A program made the translations under genes and the position numbers. A stretch of DNA of 64,000 nucleotides, from positions 54,590-118,589 of the forward strand of contig JAIBDD010000002.1 of assembly GCA_024679565.1 (NCBI GenBank). Direction: 5' to 3'. The notes beneath the pieces were generated by a model. The model was not told where the DNA came from, did no database searches, and saw only the letters and a list, made by a program, of their open reading frames with translations. Source of the DNA: Bacteroidota bacterium (GTDB taxonomy: Bacteria; Bacteroidota; Bacteroidia; NS11-12g; UBA9320). This document shows, in pieces, positions 20,337-32,100 of this stretch; within the stretch, counting starts at the first letter, position 1, and each line of letters starts with the position of its first letter.

Positions 20337-21140
20337 CTAAGGTAATAGTGCATTAATTATTTCGTTTGTTTTGGGGATTAGTAAGCGGTGCCCACCATCT
20401 ACGAGTTTTAAGTGTGTATTAGGGACCAACTTCTGATACCGTTTGGCACTTTTATAGGAAATCACACTATCAGATTTACCATAAATTAGAAACGACCTGA
20501 TGTCTGACTCCCCTATTTCAGCAATTGTTTTAGAGATACCAGGACTAATTCTTGCCGTACTCGACCAGCGATCAAATAATTCCTGACGTTTACTTAGGGT
20601 ATCTACGGTAGATTTATAAAACTTCAAGGCTTTCGGGTTAATTAATCCGAGCTTCTTGATAAACTTAACTGTAGAGAAAAACCATCCAGGATAGAGCACA
20701 AAGCTTTTAAAAAGTAATTGGCCTACACTCGTTTTTGTAATAAAACTAAAGGCGGGTTTTCGTTTCAACCCATCAGCTGCGATTAACCACAAGTCGTTTA
20801 TTTTATCCTTGAAAGCAACGGCAAAACCGAGTGCGTAATTTCCACCAATACTATAGCCAAGTAAGCTTATTGATTCACTCGCCTTTACATAAAGCAAAAA
20901 ACGAGTCATTAAGTCTGCCAACAATTCTGGCGTTAGCTTCTCTTTTTCGCCCCAAATTGTTTTACCTTGAAAAGGTAAATCGACAGAAACAAGCCGATAT
21001 TTCTTACCCAAACTTTGCTCGAAAACGTTGAAAACGGTACAATCTTGGCCGTAACCATGGAAGCAAATCAAGGTTTCTGTACCCTCACCAAACTCCACAT
21101 AATTGATTTGTGAATTCCTCCATGTAAATACCTTTTCCAC
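20337..21140 (-). CDS. alpha/beta hydrolase fold protein
   Basis: ICFHGYGQD...LLGYSIGGNYALG (GYSIG elbow). 267 aa. Confidence 0.75.
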   Translation of the reverse strand: MEKVFTWRNSQINYVEFGEGTETLICFHGYGQDCTVFNVFEQSLGKKYRLVSVDLPFQGKTIWGEKEKLTPELLADLMTRFLLYVKASESISLLGYSIGGNYALGFAVAFKDKINDLWLIAADGLKRKPAFSFITKTSVGQLLFKSFVLYPGWFFSTVKFIKKLGLINPKALKFYKSTVDTLSKRQELFDRWSSTARISPGISKTIAEIGESDIRSFLIYGKSDSVISYKSAKRYQKLVPNTHLKLVDGGHRLLIPKTNEIINALLP

Positions 21141-21195
21141 AATGTATTAATTAGTACTTTAAAGTCTTAATTTTGCCCAATTTGAAAGAAAACTA

Positions 21196-24012
21196 ATGCC
21201 CAAAGATACTTCATTAAAATCAGTCCTAATTATTGGTAGTGGTCCCATTATCATAGGCCAAGCCTGTGAATTTGATTACTCCGGCTCTCAAGCATCGAGA
21301 AGTCTAATGGAAGAAGGGATTTCAGTTACGTTAATTAACTCGAATCCGGCCACCATTATGACGGATCCTGTTATGGCCGACAACATTTACTTGCTGCCGT
21401 TAACTCCAGAATCAATCGAGTCAATTCTAGCGAAGCACGATATAGACGCGGTACTGCCAACAATGGGTGGTCAAACTGCACTAAATTTAGCCAAGGAGGT
21501 AGATGAGCTTGGCATTTGGGAGAAGTACAATGTGCGCATGATTGGCGTAGACATGGAAGCCGTTGAGAAGACTGAAAACCGTGAGGAATTTCGTCGATTA
21601 ATGGTAGAAATAGGCATCGGTGTTGCACCATCCAAAATTGCTAATTCGTTTTTAGAAGGCAAAGAAGCGGCACAGCAATTGGGCTTCCCACTTGTAATCC
21701 GTCCTTCCTATACCCTTGGTGGTTATGGTGGTGGCTTTGTGCATTCAAAAGACGAGTTTGATGAATCTTTAAAGAGAGGATTAGAGGCTTCACCAACGCA
21801 CGAAGTATTGGTTGAACAAGCCGTTTTGGGTTGGAAAGAATACGAATTGGAATTGCTACGTGATGCCAACGATAACATAACCATCATTTGTACGATCGAA
21901 AATTTCGATCCGATGGGCATTCATACTGGGGACTCTATTACCGTTGCGCCAGCAATGACCTTGAGTGATACTTGTTTTCAAGAGATGCGCGATCAGTCCA
22001 TTAAAATGATGCGAAGCATCGGAAATTTTGCCGGTGGCTGTAATGTTCAGTTCTCTGTTAATCCTGAAAATGAAGATATAATCGCAATTGAGATTAATCC
22101 ACGTGTAAGTCGGTCTTCTGCACTTGCATCGAAAGCAACGGGTTATCCTATCGCCAAAATCGCTGCTAAACTAGCGATTGGCTATCATTTAGATGAATTA
22201 AAGAATCCAGTAACCAAAACGACTTCTGCATTTTTTGAGCCGTCAATTGACTATACGATTGTTAAGATTCCAAGATGGAATTTTGCAAAATTCCCTGGTG
22301 CTGATACGCAACTCGGTCTTCAAATGAAATCTGTGGGTGAGGTGATGGCAATCGGACGTAGTTTCCAAGAAGCCATCCAAAAAGCCTGTCAGAGTCTTGA
22401 GCTAAAAAGAATGGGCTTGGGTTGCGATGGTTACGAAGAGCGTAATTTAGAAAAGCTAATCGACAGTCTTAAAAATCCAAGTTGGGATAGACTATTCCAT
22501 ATTAAAGATGCAATTTCCTTAGGTGTGCCTATTACGTCTATACAGGAGGCCACGAAAATTGACCGTTGGTTCTTAGAACAGATTTACGACTTGGTCAAAA
22601 CAGAAAGAGAAATTAAGAAGTATACACTTCAAAACATAGAGCCTTCCGTTTTACGTATTGCTAAGGAAAAAGGTTTTTCTGATTACCAAATAGCACATAC
22701 CATGGGCAGTTGTACCGAAGATGATGTCTTTGAAAAAAGAAGTGAATTAGGTATCAAACGTGTTTACAAAATGGTTGATACATGCTCTGCCGAGTTTGAA
22801 TCACCTACCAACTATTTCTATTCGTCATTCGACGGAGAAAACGAGTCGGTTGTTACAGAAAAAAAGAAAGTTGTCGTTTTAGGGGCGGGTCCAAACCGAA
22901 TTGGTCAAGGTATTGAATTTGATTATTGCTGTGTTCATGGTCTAATCGCTTCCAAAGAAATGGATTACGAAGCTATCATGATTAACTGTAACCCTGAAAC
23001 TGTGTCGACTGATTTCGACATGGCGAACAAGCTTTATTTTGAGCCTGTTTTTTGGGAACACCTAATAGAGATTATTGAACTAGAAAAACCTGAAGGTGTA
23101 ATCGTTCAACTCGGTGGTCAAACCGCCTTAAAACTTGCTGAACGTTTGCATGAAAAAGGTATTAAAATCATTGGTACCGCATTTCCTGATATGGACTTAG
23201 CAGAAGACCGCGGTTCGTTTTCTGACTTGTTGAAGGAGCTAGGAATTCCCTACCCAGATTATGGTGTTGCAGACAACGCTTATGAAGCTGTTGAAATTGC
23301 AAACAGAGTTGGGTACCCTGTATTGGTTCGCCCTTCTTATGTTTTAGGTGGACAAGGAATGAAAATTGTCATCAACGACGAAGATTTGCAAAAAGCAGTT
23401 ATCGATCTTCAGGGTGACCTGCCAGATAATAAAATTCTGATTGATCACTTCCTTGATAGAGCTGAAGAGTCTGAAAGTGACAGTATCTGTGATGGTGAGG
23501 ATGTTCATATTTTAGGTATGATGGAGCACATCGAACCTGCCGGCATACATTCTGGCGATTCATCTGCCGTATTACCTCCATTCAGTTTCTCACAATCTGT
23601 ACTTGACCAAATGGAAGAGTACACGGAAAAAATAGCCCACGCATTAAACATTAGAGGCTTGCTGAATATTCAGTTTGCCGTTAAAGATGATAAAGTATAT
23701 GTAATTGAAGCGAACCCAAGAGGCTCAAGAACGGTACCATTCATTTGCAAAGCATACGAAGTGCCGTACGTTAACATTGCAACTAAAATTATGCTAGGTA
23801 CGCACAAACTAAAAGACTTCGACATTGTTAAAAAGCCTAAAGGCTACGCAATTAAGAAGCCTGTATTCTCCTTCAATAAGTTTCCTAACGTAAACAAGGA
23901 ATTGGGTCCTGAAATGAAGTCAACCGGTGAGGCAATCTTATTTGTTGACGACTTAAAAGATCCTTACTTCAGAGATTTATACAAAGAGAAATCGATGTAC
24001 CTAAGTAAATAA
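21196..24012 (+). CDS. carB: carbamoyl-phosphate synthase large subunit
   Basis: 938 aa with duplicated ATP-grasp halves (KSVLIIGSGPIIIGQACEFDYSGSQA and KKVVVLGAGPNRIGQGIEFDYCCVH) and a C-terminal MGS-like domain. Confidence 0.95.
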   Translation: MPKDTSLKSVLIIGSGPIIIGQACEFDYSGSQASRSLMEEGISVTLINSNPATIMTDPVMADNIYLLPLTPESIESILAKHDIDAVLPTMGGQTALNLAKEVDELGIWEKYNVRMIGVDMEAVEKTENREEFRRLMVEIGIGVAPSKIANSFLEGKEAAQQLGFPLVIRPSYTLGGYGGGFVHSKDEFDESLKRGLEASPTHEVLVEQAVLGWKEYELELLRDANDNITIICTIENFDPMGIHTGDSITVAPAMTLSDTCFQEMRDQSIKMMRSIGNFAGGCNVQFSVNPENEDIIAIEINPRVSRSSALASKATGYPIAKIAAKLAIGYHLDELKNPVTKTTSAFFEPSIDYTIVKIPRWNFAKFPGADTQLGLQMKSVGEVMAIGRSFQEAIQKACQSLELKRMGLGCDGYEERNLEKLIDSLKNPSWDRLFHIKDAISLGVPITSIQEATKIDRWFLEQIYDLVKTEREIKKYTLQNIEPSVLRIAKEKGFSDYQIAHTMGSCTEDDVFEKRSELGIKRVYKMVDTCSAEFESPTNYFYSSFDGENESVVTEKKKVVVLGAGPNRIGQGIEFDYCCVHGLIASKEMDYEAIMINCNPETVSTDFDMANKLYFEPVFWEHLIEIIELEKPEGVIVQLGGQTALKLAERLHEKGIKIIGTAFPDMDLAEDRGSFSDLLKELGIPYPDYGVADNAYEAVEIANRVGYPVLVRPSYVLGGQGMKIVINDEDLQKAVIDLQGDLPDNKILIDHFLDRAEESESDSICDGEDVHILGMMEHIEPAGIHSGDSSAVLPPFSFSQSVLDQMEEYTEKIAHALNIRGLLNIQFAVKDDKVYVIEANPRGSRTVPFICKAYEVPYVNIATKIMLGTHKLKDFDIVKKPKGYAIKKPVFSFNKFPNVNKELGPEMKSTGEAILFVDDLKDPYFRDLYKEKSMYLSK

Positions 24013-24013
24013 G

Positions 24014-24250
24014 ATGTTTTTTAGAAACCTGCTGTTATTACTTGTTGCCTACTTACTTTGGCGTTTTATAAGCAAAGCCTGGCGTTTTCGAAAACTGGTT
24101 ATCAACCAAAGAGATGAGTTTTTGAACCAAACACGCGCTGCCGAAAAACAGACAAGACAGGACGGTGAAATCAACATTCAATCAAGTAAAAAAACAAAGC
24201 CTAGTACCTCTGACGATGGCACGTACATTGATTACGAGGAAGTAGATTAG
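24014..24250 (+). CDS. small single-TM protein (DUF4834-like)
   Basis: 78 aa with N-terminal TM helix LLLLLVAYLLWRFI and acidic tail ..DYEEVD. Starts 2 bp after the carB stop. Confidence 0.45.
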   Translation: MFFRNLLLLLVAYLLWRFISKAWRFRKLVINQRDEFLNQTRAAEKQTRQDGEINIQSSKKTKPSTSDDGTYIDYEEVD

Positions 24251-24320
24251 TTTTAAAGCATTGACCGCTTTAAAAGTTGGTCAAGTGTTTTTTGTATAAT
24301 ATTGTGTAAATGATAGTTAT

Positions 24321-26459
24321 ATGAAATCTTCCATTTACACTACGCTTGGCTTTCTTATTGTTCTTATATCCTCAAATTCGTTTGCTCAGAACGTAGCACT
24401 CCACTTTGATGGAAGTGATGATGTGGTTCAAACATCAAACCCAGGTATTAGTGGTCAAAATGCACGAACAGTGGAAGCGATCATTCGCACCACCGCAAAT
24501 TGTGACCCTCAAAAAGGAGGTAAACAAAAGGTAATAGTTGATTGGGGTGCAGCGTCAACCGGTGCAAGGTTTACGCTAAATATAAAAACAGATAATGCCT
24601 TACGTTTAGAGGTTCAGGGATCTGGCATGAATGGTCAGACAGCTATAAATGACGGCAAATGGCACCATGTAGCTGCTGTGTATTCACAGGTTGGTAAGCA
24701 AAATAACATAGCCTTATATGTTGATGGTGTTTTAGATACAAGTGGAAGCATTCCTACTTCTATAAATACTGGTACTTCAATTAACGTTCGCATTGGTCAG
24801 CGTGTTGATGGTATTAATAGTTTTGACGGCGAGATTGATGAAGTACGCATTTTTAACCGCATTCGTACGCAGTCTGAGATTAAAGCAGATATGGGTAAAG
24901 AATACTGTTCCAACTCGAAAGGATTAGTCGGTTATTATAAACTTAACGAAGGCAATCCAGGTTCTACAAATACTTCGAACAAAACAGCAAAGGATTATTC
25001 ATCCACCAAAAAAAATGGAACCTTAAGTAACTTCAGTCTATCCGGTTCAAAATCCAATTGGGTCACTGGTGACACGCTAACTGGTGGAGACACTAAGTCA
25101 ACTGAAGATGTGTTTGGATGTTATACCTACACGACTATAGATGGTACGGTCTATTCGTCTCCTGGCAAGTATACCCGTAAAATTCCAAATGCGGCTGGTT
25201 GCGATTCTCTAATAACGTTAAACGTTACACTTGGGAGGGTTTACCATTTCACTCGTCATACGGTTTGTGACTCCTTTGTAATGCCTTTGGGAAGAGTAGT
25301 CTACCAAACTGGTTTCTATCGTGATACAATAAAGGGTGTTGCACCGAAAGGTTGTGATTCTGTATTAATCATGGAGGTAAAGGTCAACCCAAAAGTTGAA
25401 ACTCAAGAAGACATAGTGGTGTGTGATTCCATTTCGATTAATAACAAGTGGTACTTCTCTGATATCGAACTTTCTCAAAATGGAACGGCAGTAACTGGGT
25501 GCGACTCTATTCACTCAATAGATATAACAGTGAACGAATCAAGCTCAGCAACTTTGTTTGAAACACATTGCGACCGATTTACCTCTACCCTAGGGAATAC
25601 GTATACCAAATCGGGTATTTATAAAGAAAAACTATCTAAGGCTAATAAGTATAAGTGCGATTCACTAGTAGTTATTGATTTAACCATAAACAATAGCAGT
25701 AATGTTACTATTCCTTTGCAGGACTGCGACTCATTTATCTCGCCTGCAGGTTATCACTATCTCACAACAGGAGTCCATACTGAACGCTATACTTCACAAT
25801 ATGGATGTGACTCAATAATTGCCTACGACCTTACTTTATCCGAAACCAAAAGCAGTGAGAATAAATTAGAAGTTTGCGATTCTGTTTTAATCAACAATGT
25901 TTGGCGTACAAATACAGGCATTATTAAATATACAGATGCAACCAGTGCCGGCTGTGATTCTAATGTTACCATCGATCTTAAGGTTGTCAAACCCGATATG
26001 TCCGTAGATATTTCAAATCACATGCTTTCTGTTACTCAAGAAGCAATATCATATCAATGGATTGATTGTAACACAAACAAAGAAATATCAGGAGCAACTA
26101 AGAAGTCGTACACAGCTACATACTCCGGTTCATTTGCCTGTATTATTAACCTTAACAGCTGTACAAAACAAACCGATTGTTATGACGTTATTGGTCTTGC
26201 AGCAGGAAACACGACTAAATCACAGAATCGAATTCGTGTTGTGCCAAATCCAAATAACGGTTCATTTCATATAGTCAGTTATTCCAATTATCGAATTATT
26301 AGTTATGATTTAAGAGACTTAACCGGTCGTCTTATTATGAGTAAAGATGGGTTAAATGACAGTAATGTTCATCTTAACCACAAACTAATACCAGGCGTGT
26401 ATATTCTAAATATTGGTACTGGAAACACGCACGAATCAATTCGATTGAGCGTTCAATAA
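24321..26459 (+). CDS. secreted LamG/ConA-like lectin-domain protein with six ~47-aa Cys repeats and type-A T9SS CTD
   Basis: Signal peptide. LamG-like block (ALHFDGSDDVV...GKWHHVAAVY...LYVDGV...EIDEVRIFNR). Six repeats, each with two CDS motifs (vCDSf...GxYxxxxxxxxGCDSxxxxxLtv). C-terminal VVPNPNNGSFHIV...GVYILNIGTGNTHESIRLSVQ. Confidence 0.75.
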   Translation: MKSSIYTTLGFLIVLISSNSFAQNVALHFDGSDDVVQTSNPGISGQNARTVEAIIRTTANCDPQKGGKQKVIVDWGAASTGARFTLNIKTDNALRLEVQGSGMNGQTAINDGKWHHVAAVYSQVGKQNNIALYVDGVLDTSGSIPTSINTGTSINVRIGQRVDGINSFDGEIDEVRIFNRIRTQSEIKADMGKEYCSNSKGLVGYYKLNEGNPGSTNTSNKTAKDYSSTKKNGTLSNFSLSGSKSNWVTGDTLTGGDTKSTEDVFGCYTYTTIDGTVYSSPGKYTRKIPNAAGCDSLITLNVTLGRVYHFTRHTVCDSFVMPLGRVVYQTGFYRDTIKGVAPKGCDSVLIMEVKVNPKVETQEDIVVCDSISINNKWYFSDIELSQNGTAVTGCDSIHSIDITVNESSSATLFETHCDRFTSTLGNTYTKSGIYKEKLSKANKYKCDSLVVIDLTINNSSNVTIPLQDCDSFISPAGYHYLTTGVHTERYTSQYGCDSIIAYDLTLSETKSSENKLEVCDSVLINNVWRTNTGIIKYTDATSAGCDSNVTIDLKVVKPDMSVDISNHMLSVTQEAISYQWIDCNTNKEISGATKKSYTATYSGSFACIINLNSCTKQTDCYDVIGLAAGNTTKSQNRIRVVPNPNNGSFHIVSYSNYRIISYDLRDLTGRLIMSKDGLNDSNVHLNHKLIPGVYILNIGTGNTHESIRLSVQ

Positions 26460-26465
26460 TGCCCT

Positions 26466-26515
26466 TGAAAAAATAAATGCCAATCAAGTAATTATGTTAC
26501 TTGATTGGCATTTTT
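26466..26515. terminator. bidirectional rho-independent terminator
   Basis: 14-bp perfect stem atgccaatcaagta / tacttgattggcat with a 7-nt loop, flanked by an A-run and a T-run. Lies between convergent genes. Confidence 0.8.
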
Positions 26516-26517
26516 AG

Positions 26518-28002
26518 TTACCGCTGAATAACAATACGTGCCCTGTATTCTTGATTCCCTTGTTTAACGTCAAGAATATATATTCCACTTGATAAACCAG
26601 AAACATTAGACGCATACAAGCCATTTGTGCGCTTTGTGGTTTCCACGTTCATTAATTTGCCCGTTAAATCCGTAAAAGTAATTGCAGCGTTTCCTGTGTT
26701 GATCGTTGATTTAATCGTAACCAAATTATTACTAGGATTTGGATATACGACATAACTTATCGTCGTTTTAGATACATTTGGAATGTTTACGAATCGTGCT
26801 GTATTGCCATCGCCATAGTCAACATCTAGTGTATCGCCAAGATACAACCAAGGAGGATTAAACTGTGCTGTTTCTCCTAAACAGTATTGGCTTCGGAAAG
26901 GATTTATGGAAAAATTTAAAATGTCTGCTCCAGTTCCAATGGTTAGTGTGCGTGTTGTTGTGTAGCTAGTGCCACACATATATTCAAATGTGGCTTCGAC
27001 AGTATATGAACCATCCTTGGTATACGCATGTATAAAACTGTTATTGTTGTTAGACAATGTGTCAAATGATCCATCTCCATAATTTAAGACCGTTCTAATG
27101 GCTGAATATGAACTTACAGAGCCGCGTAACTTTTGCCCTAAACACAGTTTGTCTGTGTTAAAGTAAATATTTCCATTTCTCATGAAAGAAGTAGTCACAT
27201 TGACTTTTTGCCTTGAGGTATCAATGCCGCATCCATTGTACGCAATAGCCATTACCTCATATTCACCAACAGACGGGTAACCATACTCTAATTCATCCAA
27301 TCTGGTATTCTTTCCGTCGCCTAAATAAACACGTAAACTGTCTAATGGTGAATTTCCTGGCCAAACACTAACGTTCACCAATTGGTTAGGGCACACCTCA
27401 GTTGGATTAATGCTTAACCCCCCATCTGGTTTGGCACGTGCGTCGTCTACAATCGTAACGACTTGACTACTTTCTTGGTCTCCACAAAAACCCTTAACCT
27501 TTAACTTAATGGTGTGCATACCCGTTGCCTTATACGTATGGCGCGGATACAATTGATTTGACGTTGTACCGTCTCCGAAATCCCACATTAGGCTGTCATA
27601 CCCATTGATATTACTCCACTCAGAAATCGTTAGAGACGTACCCAAACAATAGTAGCCATTGGTACTCGATTGATTCAAACTAAAGTTCGTTTCAATTTTA
27701 GGGTGCACGCGGATAAATATCTCTGCTGAATCTGTTGACATGCCGTTAGTGGCCGACAAAAGAACATAGTAGGTGCCAGGATTACCGAAATTCTTTTTAA
27801 TAACAGGGTTTATTGTTGAACTTGGCACTGTTCCATCACCAAAGTCCCATTGGTATAAAGAAGCCCCCTGACCCGTATACGTTAAAGTAACATCTTGACC
27901 CGTACAAATGATACTGTCCGACACGCTAAACGAAGCTATTACTTGAGCTTGAGCGTAACAATAAGTCGCAACAAATGCGAATAATAGTAATACTTTTTTC
28001 AT
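26518..28002 (-). CDS. PKD-repeat secreted protein with type-A T9SS CTD
   Basis: Start set at MKKVLLLFAFVATYCYAQAQ (28002). Several PKD signatures (WDFGDGT x2, YLGDGKN, NYGDGSF, DYGDGNT). C-terminal YPNPSNNLVTIKS...GIYILDVKQGNQEYRARIVIQR. Confidence 0.8.
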   Translation of the reverse strand: MKKVLLLFAFVATYCYAQAQVIASFSVSDSIICTGQDVTLTYTGQGASLYQWDFGDGTVPSSTINPVIKKNFGNPGTYYVLLSATNGMSTDSAEIFIRVHPKIETNFSLNQSSTNGYYCLGTSLTISEWSNINGYDSLMWDFGDGTTSNQLYPRHTYKATGMHTIKLKVKGFCGDQESSQVVTIVDDARAKPDGGLSINPTEVCPNQLVNVSVWPGNSPLDSLRVYLGDGKNTRLDELEYGYPSVGEYEVMAIAYNGCGIDTSRQKVNVTTSFMRNGNIYFNTDKLCLGQKLRGSVSSYSAIRTVLNYGDGSFDTLSNNNNSFIHAYTKDGSYTVEATFEYMCGTSYTTTRTLTIGTGADILNFSINPFRSQYCLGETAQFNPPWLYLGDTLDVDYGDGNTARFVNIPNVSKTTISYVVYPNPSNNLVTIKSTINTGNAAITFTDLTGKLMNVETTKRTNGLYASNVSGLSSGIYILDVKQGNQEYRARIVIQR

Positions 28003-28136
28003 GTCCTTTTTGTTACAAAGTTCCTGTGGTTTATCAGCTACCACACTGCTCAGAATCAGAAGAATCAACTGATTATCAGCACAAACATTTACAAACTTTG
28101 TAACTAACTTATGAGGTTACCCCCAGACATAAAAAG

Positions 28137-29183
28137 CTACATCAGTACATCCTTTACGGGTTTAATTGGCTCTGGCAAATCCTTTTCACCTAGCATCTCC
28201 AAAAGGTCTATTTCTATCGTTCGGCATAAAGACAACATGGGTATGTCGTTGCCAAGTCCTTCAAATGGGTTTTCTGAATAATCACCAATGAGTTCCATCA
28301 TCAAAAACACCCAGCCTACAATCACAGTAAAAGGTATAGACAGCCATGCGCCCCATTCACTCAAGTCATGAAACTCGGTTACCAAGCCAAAAGGAAGTAA
28401 GAAGATAAACAACCCAACAAACACCAAACTCATACTACCATATTGGCGAGGAAGTGGGAATTTCTTAATTCGCTCGGCTTTACCTTGGTGCGTATAAAAG
28501 TCATTTAATATTCCTTGAAGCTCCATATGACGAAAATCGTCAATAAGGTTTTGCTTTCTGAATTCCTTTAAATCCTGCGCTTGTTGATCAATTATCTGTG
28601 TTGCTGTATTTTGACTGTTAATTAAACGATCTACTTCTTCTTTTGGAAGACAACGTGGTAATTCGTATGCGGTAACATCGTCGCCGTACAAACCAATACC
28701 ATAAGATTTAAATGATGATTTCGTTTTCCTTCTAACCAAACGCCCTTGGTTTATATGTTCCCATTGTGTTGGAATCAACAATTGGCTTCTAAGAGAATAC
28801 AGCCACGCAATGTGTCGATATACAAGTCGTTTGTGTACTCCAGTGATTGTTTCTTCTGAAGCCTCTTCATCCCTAAATTGATTTGTGACAAAGCCTCTTA
28901 CACTTGCTCCCCACATTCGGCTACTGTTTACAATAGCTCCCCAAATCTTTCTAGCCTCCCACAGTCTATCGTATGAGCTATTATTCTTGAATCCAACGTA
29001 GAAAGCAACTGCTGTACCCACTAAGGAAACAGGCAACCATGGTACCTCAAATGCATAAATCTTCTTGCTGTGCAGAAATTCGATAAACAACGGAACAAGT
29101 GTTGCCCATGCTATTAACCATATCAGGTGACCACCAGAAAACGTCATCACCCCTTTGAAAGTGAAATTCTTTCTTACAAACAT
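28137..29183 (-). CDS. bestrophin-family (UPF0187/YneE-like) anion channel homologue
   Basis: TM helices plus the conserved block YVGFKNNSSYDRLWEARKIWGAIVNSSR typical of bacterial bestrophin homologues. Confidence 0.7.
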   Translation of the reverse strand: MFVRKNFTFKGVMTFSGGHLIWLIAWATLVPLFIEFLHSKKIYAFEVPWLPVSLVGTAVAFYVGFKNNSSYDRLWEARKIWGAIVNSSRMWGASVRGFVTNQFRDEEASEETITGVHKRLVYRHIAWLYSLRSQLLIPTQWEHINQGRLVRRKTKSSFKSYGIGLYGDDVTAYELPRCLPKEEVDRLINSQNTATQIIDQQAQDLKEFRKQNLIDDFRHMELQGILNDFYTHQGKAERIKKFPLPRQYGSMSLVFVGLFIFLLPFGLVTEFHDLSEWGAWLSIPFTVIVGWVFLMMELIGDYSENPFEGLGNDIPMLSLCRTIEIDLLEMLGEKDLPEPIKPVKDVLM

Positions 29184-29185
29184 TG

Positions 29186-32100
29186 TTAATCAATTATCAG
29201 TTTTCTGTTTAAACTACCCTGATGCGTATTCAGTTCTAATATGTATATCCCTGATGTGAGTTTGCTATTTACTTCAATGCTTGTCCCACTAAGACCATTC
29301 TTTGTCAGTACAACTTTACCAAGTTGGTCATAAATAACCAATGTGCCATTTACGCACGCTTCATCAAGCTCAATCAAAAATTTGCCATCGTTTGGATTGG
29401 GGTAAAGCGCTCCAGTAATACTTTTCACATCCAATACACTACTCAATGTGTCTTTAGACACAATAACAGTATAGTCTTCCACTTCTCCACTTTCCAAACC
29501 ACATGGGTCAACCTCGTTTGATGTATATCTGCACACAACGCGCAGTCTTAGTTCTTTGTCAAGTACTACGTCACTAGGGATGGTGAACGTGCCCAAACTT
29601 GAATGACTGCCATCAATTTGACCCATATTTAGTCGCTCGTTACTTTCAAATTCTGCGTCTAAGTCGTAGTCAATCCAAGCCTCTACTTTGTTAAGCTCAA
29701 AATGATAATTAAGTTCCATCGAAAGCGTGTAGGTTTGGTTTTGCATCAGGTGGACGATGCTGTCTGTGTAATCACCATAGTACTCTTGGTTTGTCGTATT
29801 TGACATGCTTTCTAGTCCCACATATTTAATCCAATCAGCCCCTGTACCAGATCCCCCTCTGCCTTCACAATAAACAAAAGGTCGAACCCTGTAATGATAC
29901 CTGTAAGACGTTGTGATTTCACCACTGTTAGATTCTACTATCAACTTGAAGTATATATCGTCGCCTTCTTCTTCTGAAGGAATTCCCTGCTTCGACATCC
30001 ATGTGTTGCCAGAAGTGTTTTCAAGTTCAATTTCACTGCCTAAGGTTATGGCATTCTTTGACCACAATAACTTTGCATTCTTTACACCATTCTTTGATTC
30101 GATTTCTATAGTTACAACTTGATCAAAACCCTTTCTTGGTGTTCGATCTGTAACTACTTCGGTTGTGGAGACTTGCAAGATTCTTGGATAAGATGCTTTG
30201 GCAATTGTTGTATTTTCCCAAAGTCCACGTCCCCATGACGCTGCTCTTAATGTATTGCTTCCGTGATGTATTTCTAAGTCTTTAACGGTAACATTTGGCA
30301 GCTGGTCGTTATACAACGTCCACGAATTTGCATTCATGCTTTTGTAGTAAACACCTATCTCTCCACCTACATATATGTACGAAGAGTCAGATTGATCCAT
30401 TGTTACTGTTCGCAATGGCATATCTCCAAGGTTATACGTGATGTTTTGCCAACTCTGCCCTAAATCGTGTGATATGAATACTTTTTGATTGTCTCTTTGA
30501 TGTCGATTATAGGTGACAACAAGCGTACTATCTTTTAACGGATGAAATGCAATATCAGTCACACTATAATTAGGCAGATTTGAACGAATATCCGTCCATG
30601 TTTTACCCCCGTCTTGCGTAAGTCGGATAGTAGAATTTCTAGAAATCGCAATAATATCAGAATTGTTTTGAGCGATATCCGCATCCTTAACTAACCCAAT
30701 ATTGGGAGCACTGTAAAATTCCCAAGACACTCCAAAATCATCACTAACAAAAATTGAATCTGCAAAGTGATATAGTCTAAAGTGGTTTAAAGGGTCTAAC
30801 AACAATGGTGCTTCCCAGTCGGCTTGACCCGAACCACGTCTAGGGTTACCCACAGATGTTCGCGTTTGACCTCCATTTCTCGTTATGTTTCTCGATCCAT
30901 ATTGCCAGCTGCCTATCATCCAATCACTGTTAAGCGGTTGTACAATGCCTTCCATTCCATCACCACCATTCCATTCAACCCAACCTGCTTCTTTCAAAAT
31001 GCTGGTGCCGTTGTCTTGTGATCCTGCTATGTTCGCATAGATATTGGATTGGCTTAAACCCACAGCATAAAATTCACGAATCGCTGTACCATCATTCAGT
31101 CTCGTCCAAGTTGTACCATTATCCGAACTTTTTGCTAAATATCCATCCGTACCTAAATAAAATACGCCATTTAGGCATTCTGCTGTTCGAATATCCGCAT
31201 GTACATAAGCCGCATTTCTATTACTCCATTTCGTGACTTGTTTAAAGGTTTGACCTTCATCCGTACTTGCCTCCGTATCGACATAACCGTAAATCATGTT
31301 TTTTACGTCTAAATCCGACACGGCAAAGCCTAAACAGCTTTCGTCAGGATTTGATAAAAAGGTAAAAAATGCGCCTTGGTTTTTTGAGCGCCAAACACCA
31401 TTGGTAGACGCCACATACACATTGTTTGGTGCGCTTGGCGAAACGGCAATATGCAGTTTTGCATTATTGTTATCTGCAATTAGCGCAGAATTGTTCCAGG
31501 TTTTACCTGTATCGTTTGAGTACTTAAGATAATTTCTATCAGATTGATAATAATCGTATGCGTAAATACGGGCAGGGTTAGTTGGATGAAATTCCATGTC
31601 TGTATTCCTTCCAGAGAATACAAGCGTCCAAGTTTGCAAATTGTCTTTCGACAGATACATCCCATTCGACGTGCCTATGTATATTATTCCCGTTCTCGTC
31701 GGGTGAAACGCTATTTTGTAAATTCTATGATTTCTACCTAATCCACCAAAAGATGTTGCTAAGGGATTGAATTTCGTCTCAAACCACGTTGTTCCGCCAT
31801 CACTAGATCTGAAAAGACCATGTGTATTGGCATTGCCCCCTTGACGAGCGGCAATTAAAATATCGTTATTATCAGACGGATTAACACTCAAAGATTCTAC
31901 ACCTGAAACCACTAAGGTATCCGTCGTATTTTCCCAGTTCTTTCCACCATCTGATGTTCTCCAAAAACCACCGCTCCTTGATCCAAGGAATATTTGGTCT
32001 GTATTGGATGGGTTTACCCAAAACGTTTCAACCCTACCAATACCTGGAGAATAGTGCGAGGTGATGTTATTGGCATCCCAAGGTCCTAATTCTTCCCAGC

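Noticed and set aside
24321-26459. LamG protein as a glycoside hydrolase (ConA-like glucanase)
   Set aside because: Only the lectin-like jelly-roll pattern is present. No catalytic Glu-x-Asp-x-x-Glu type motif of GH16 was seen. The gene is called as a binding module only.
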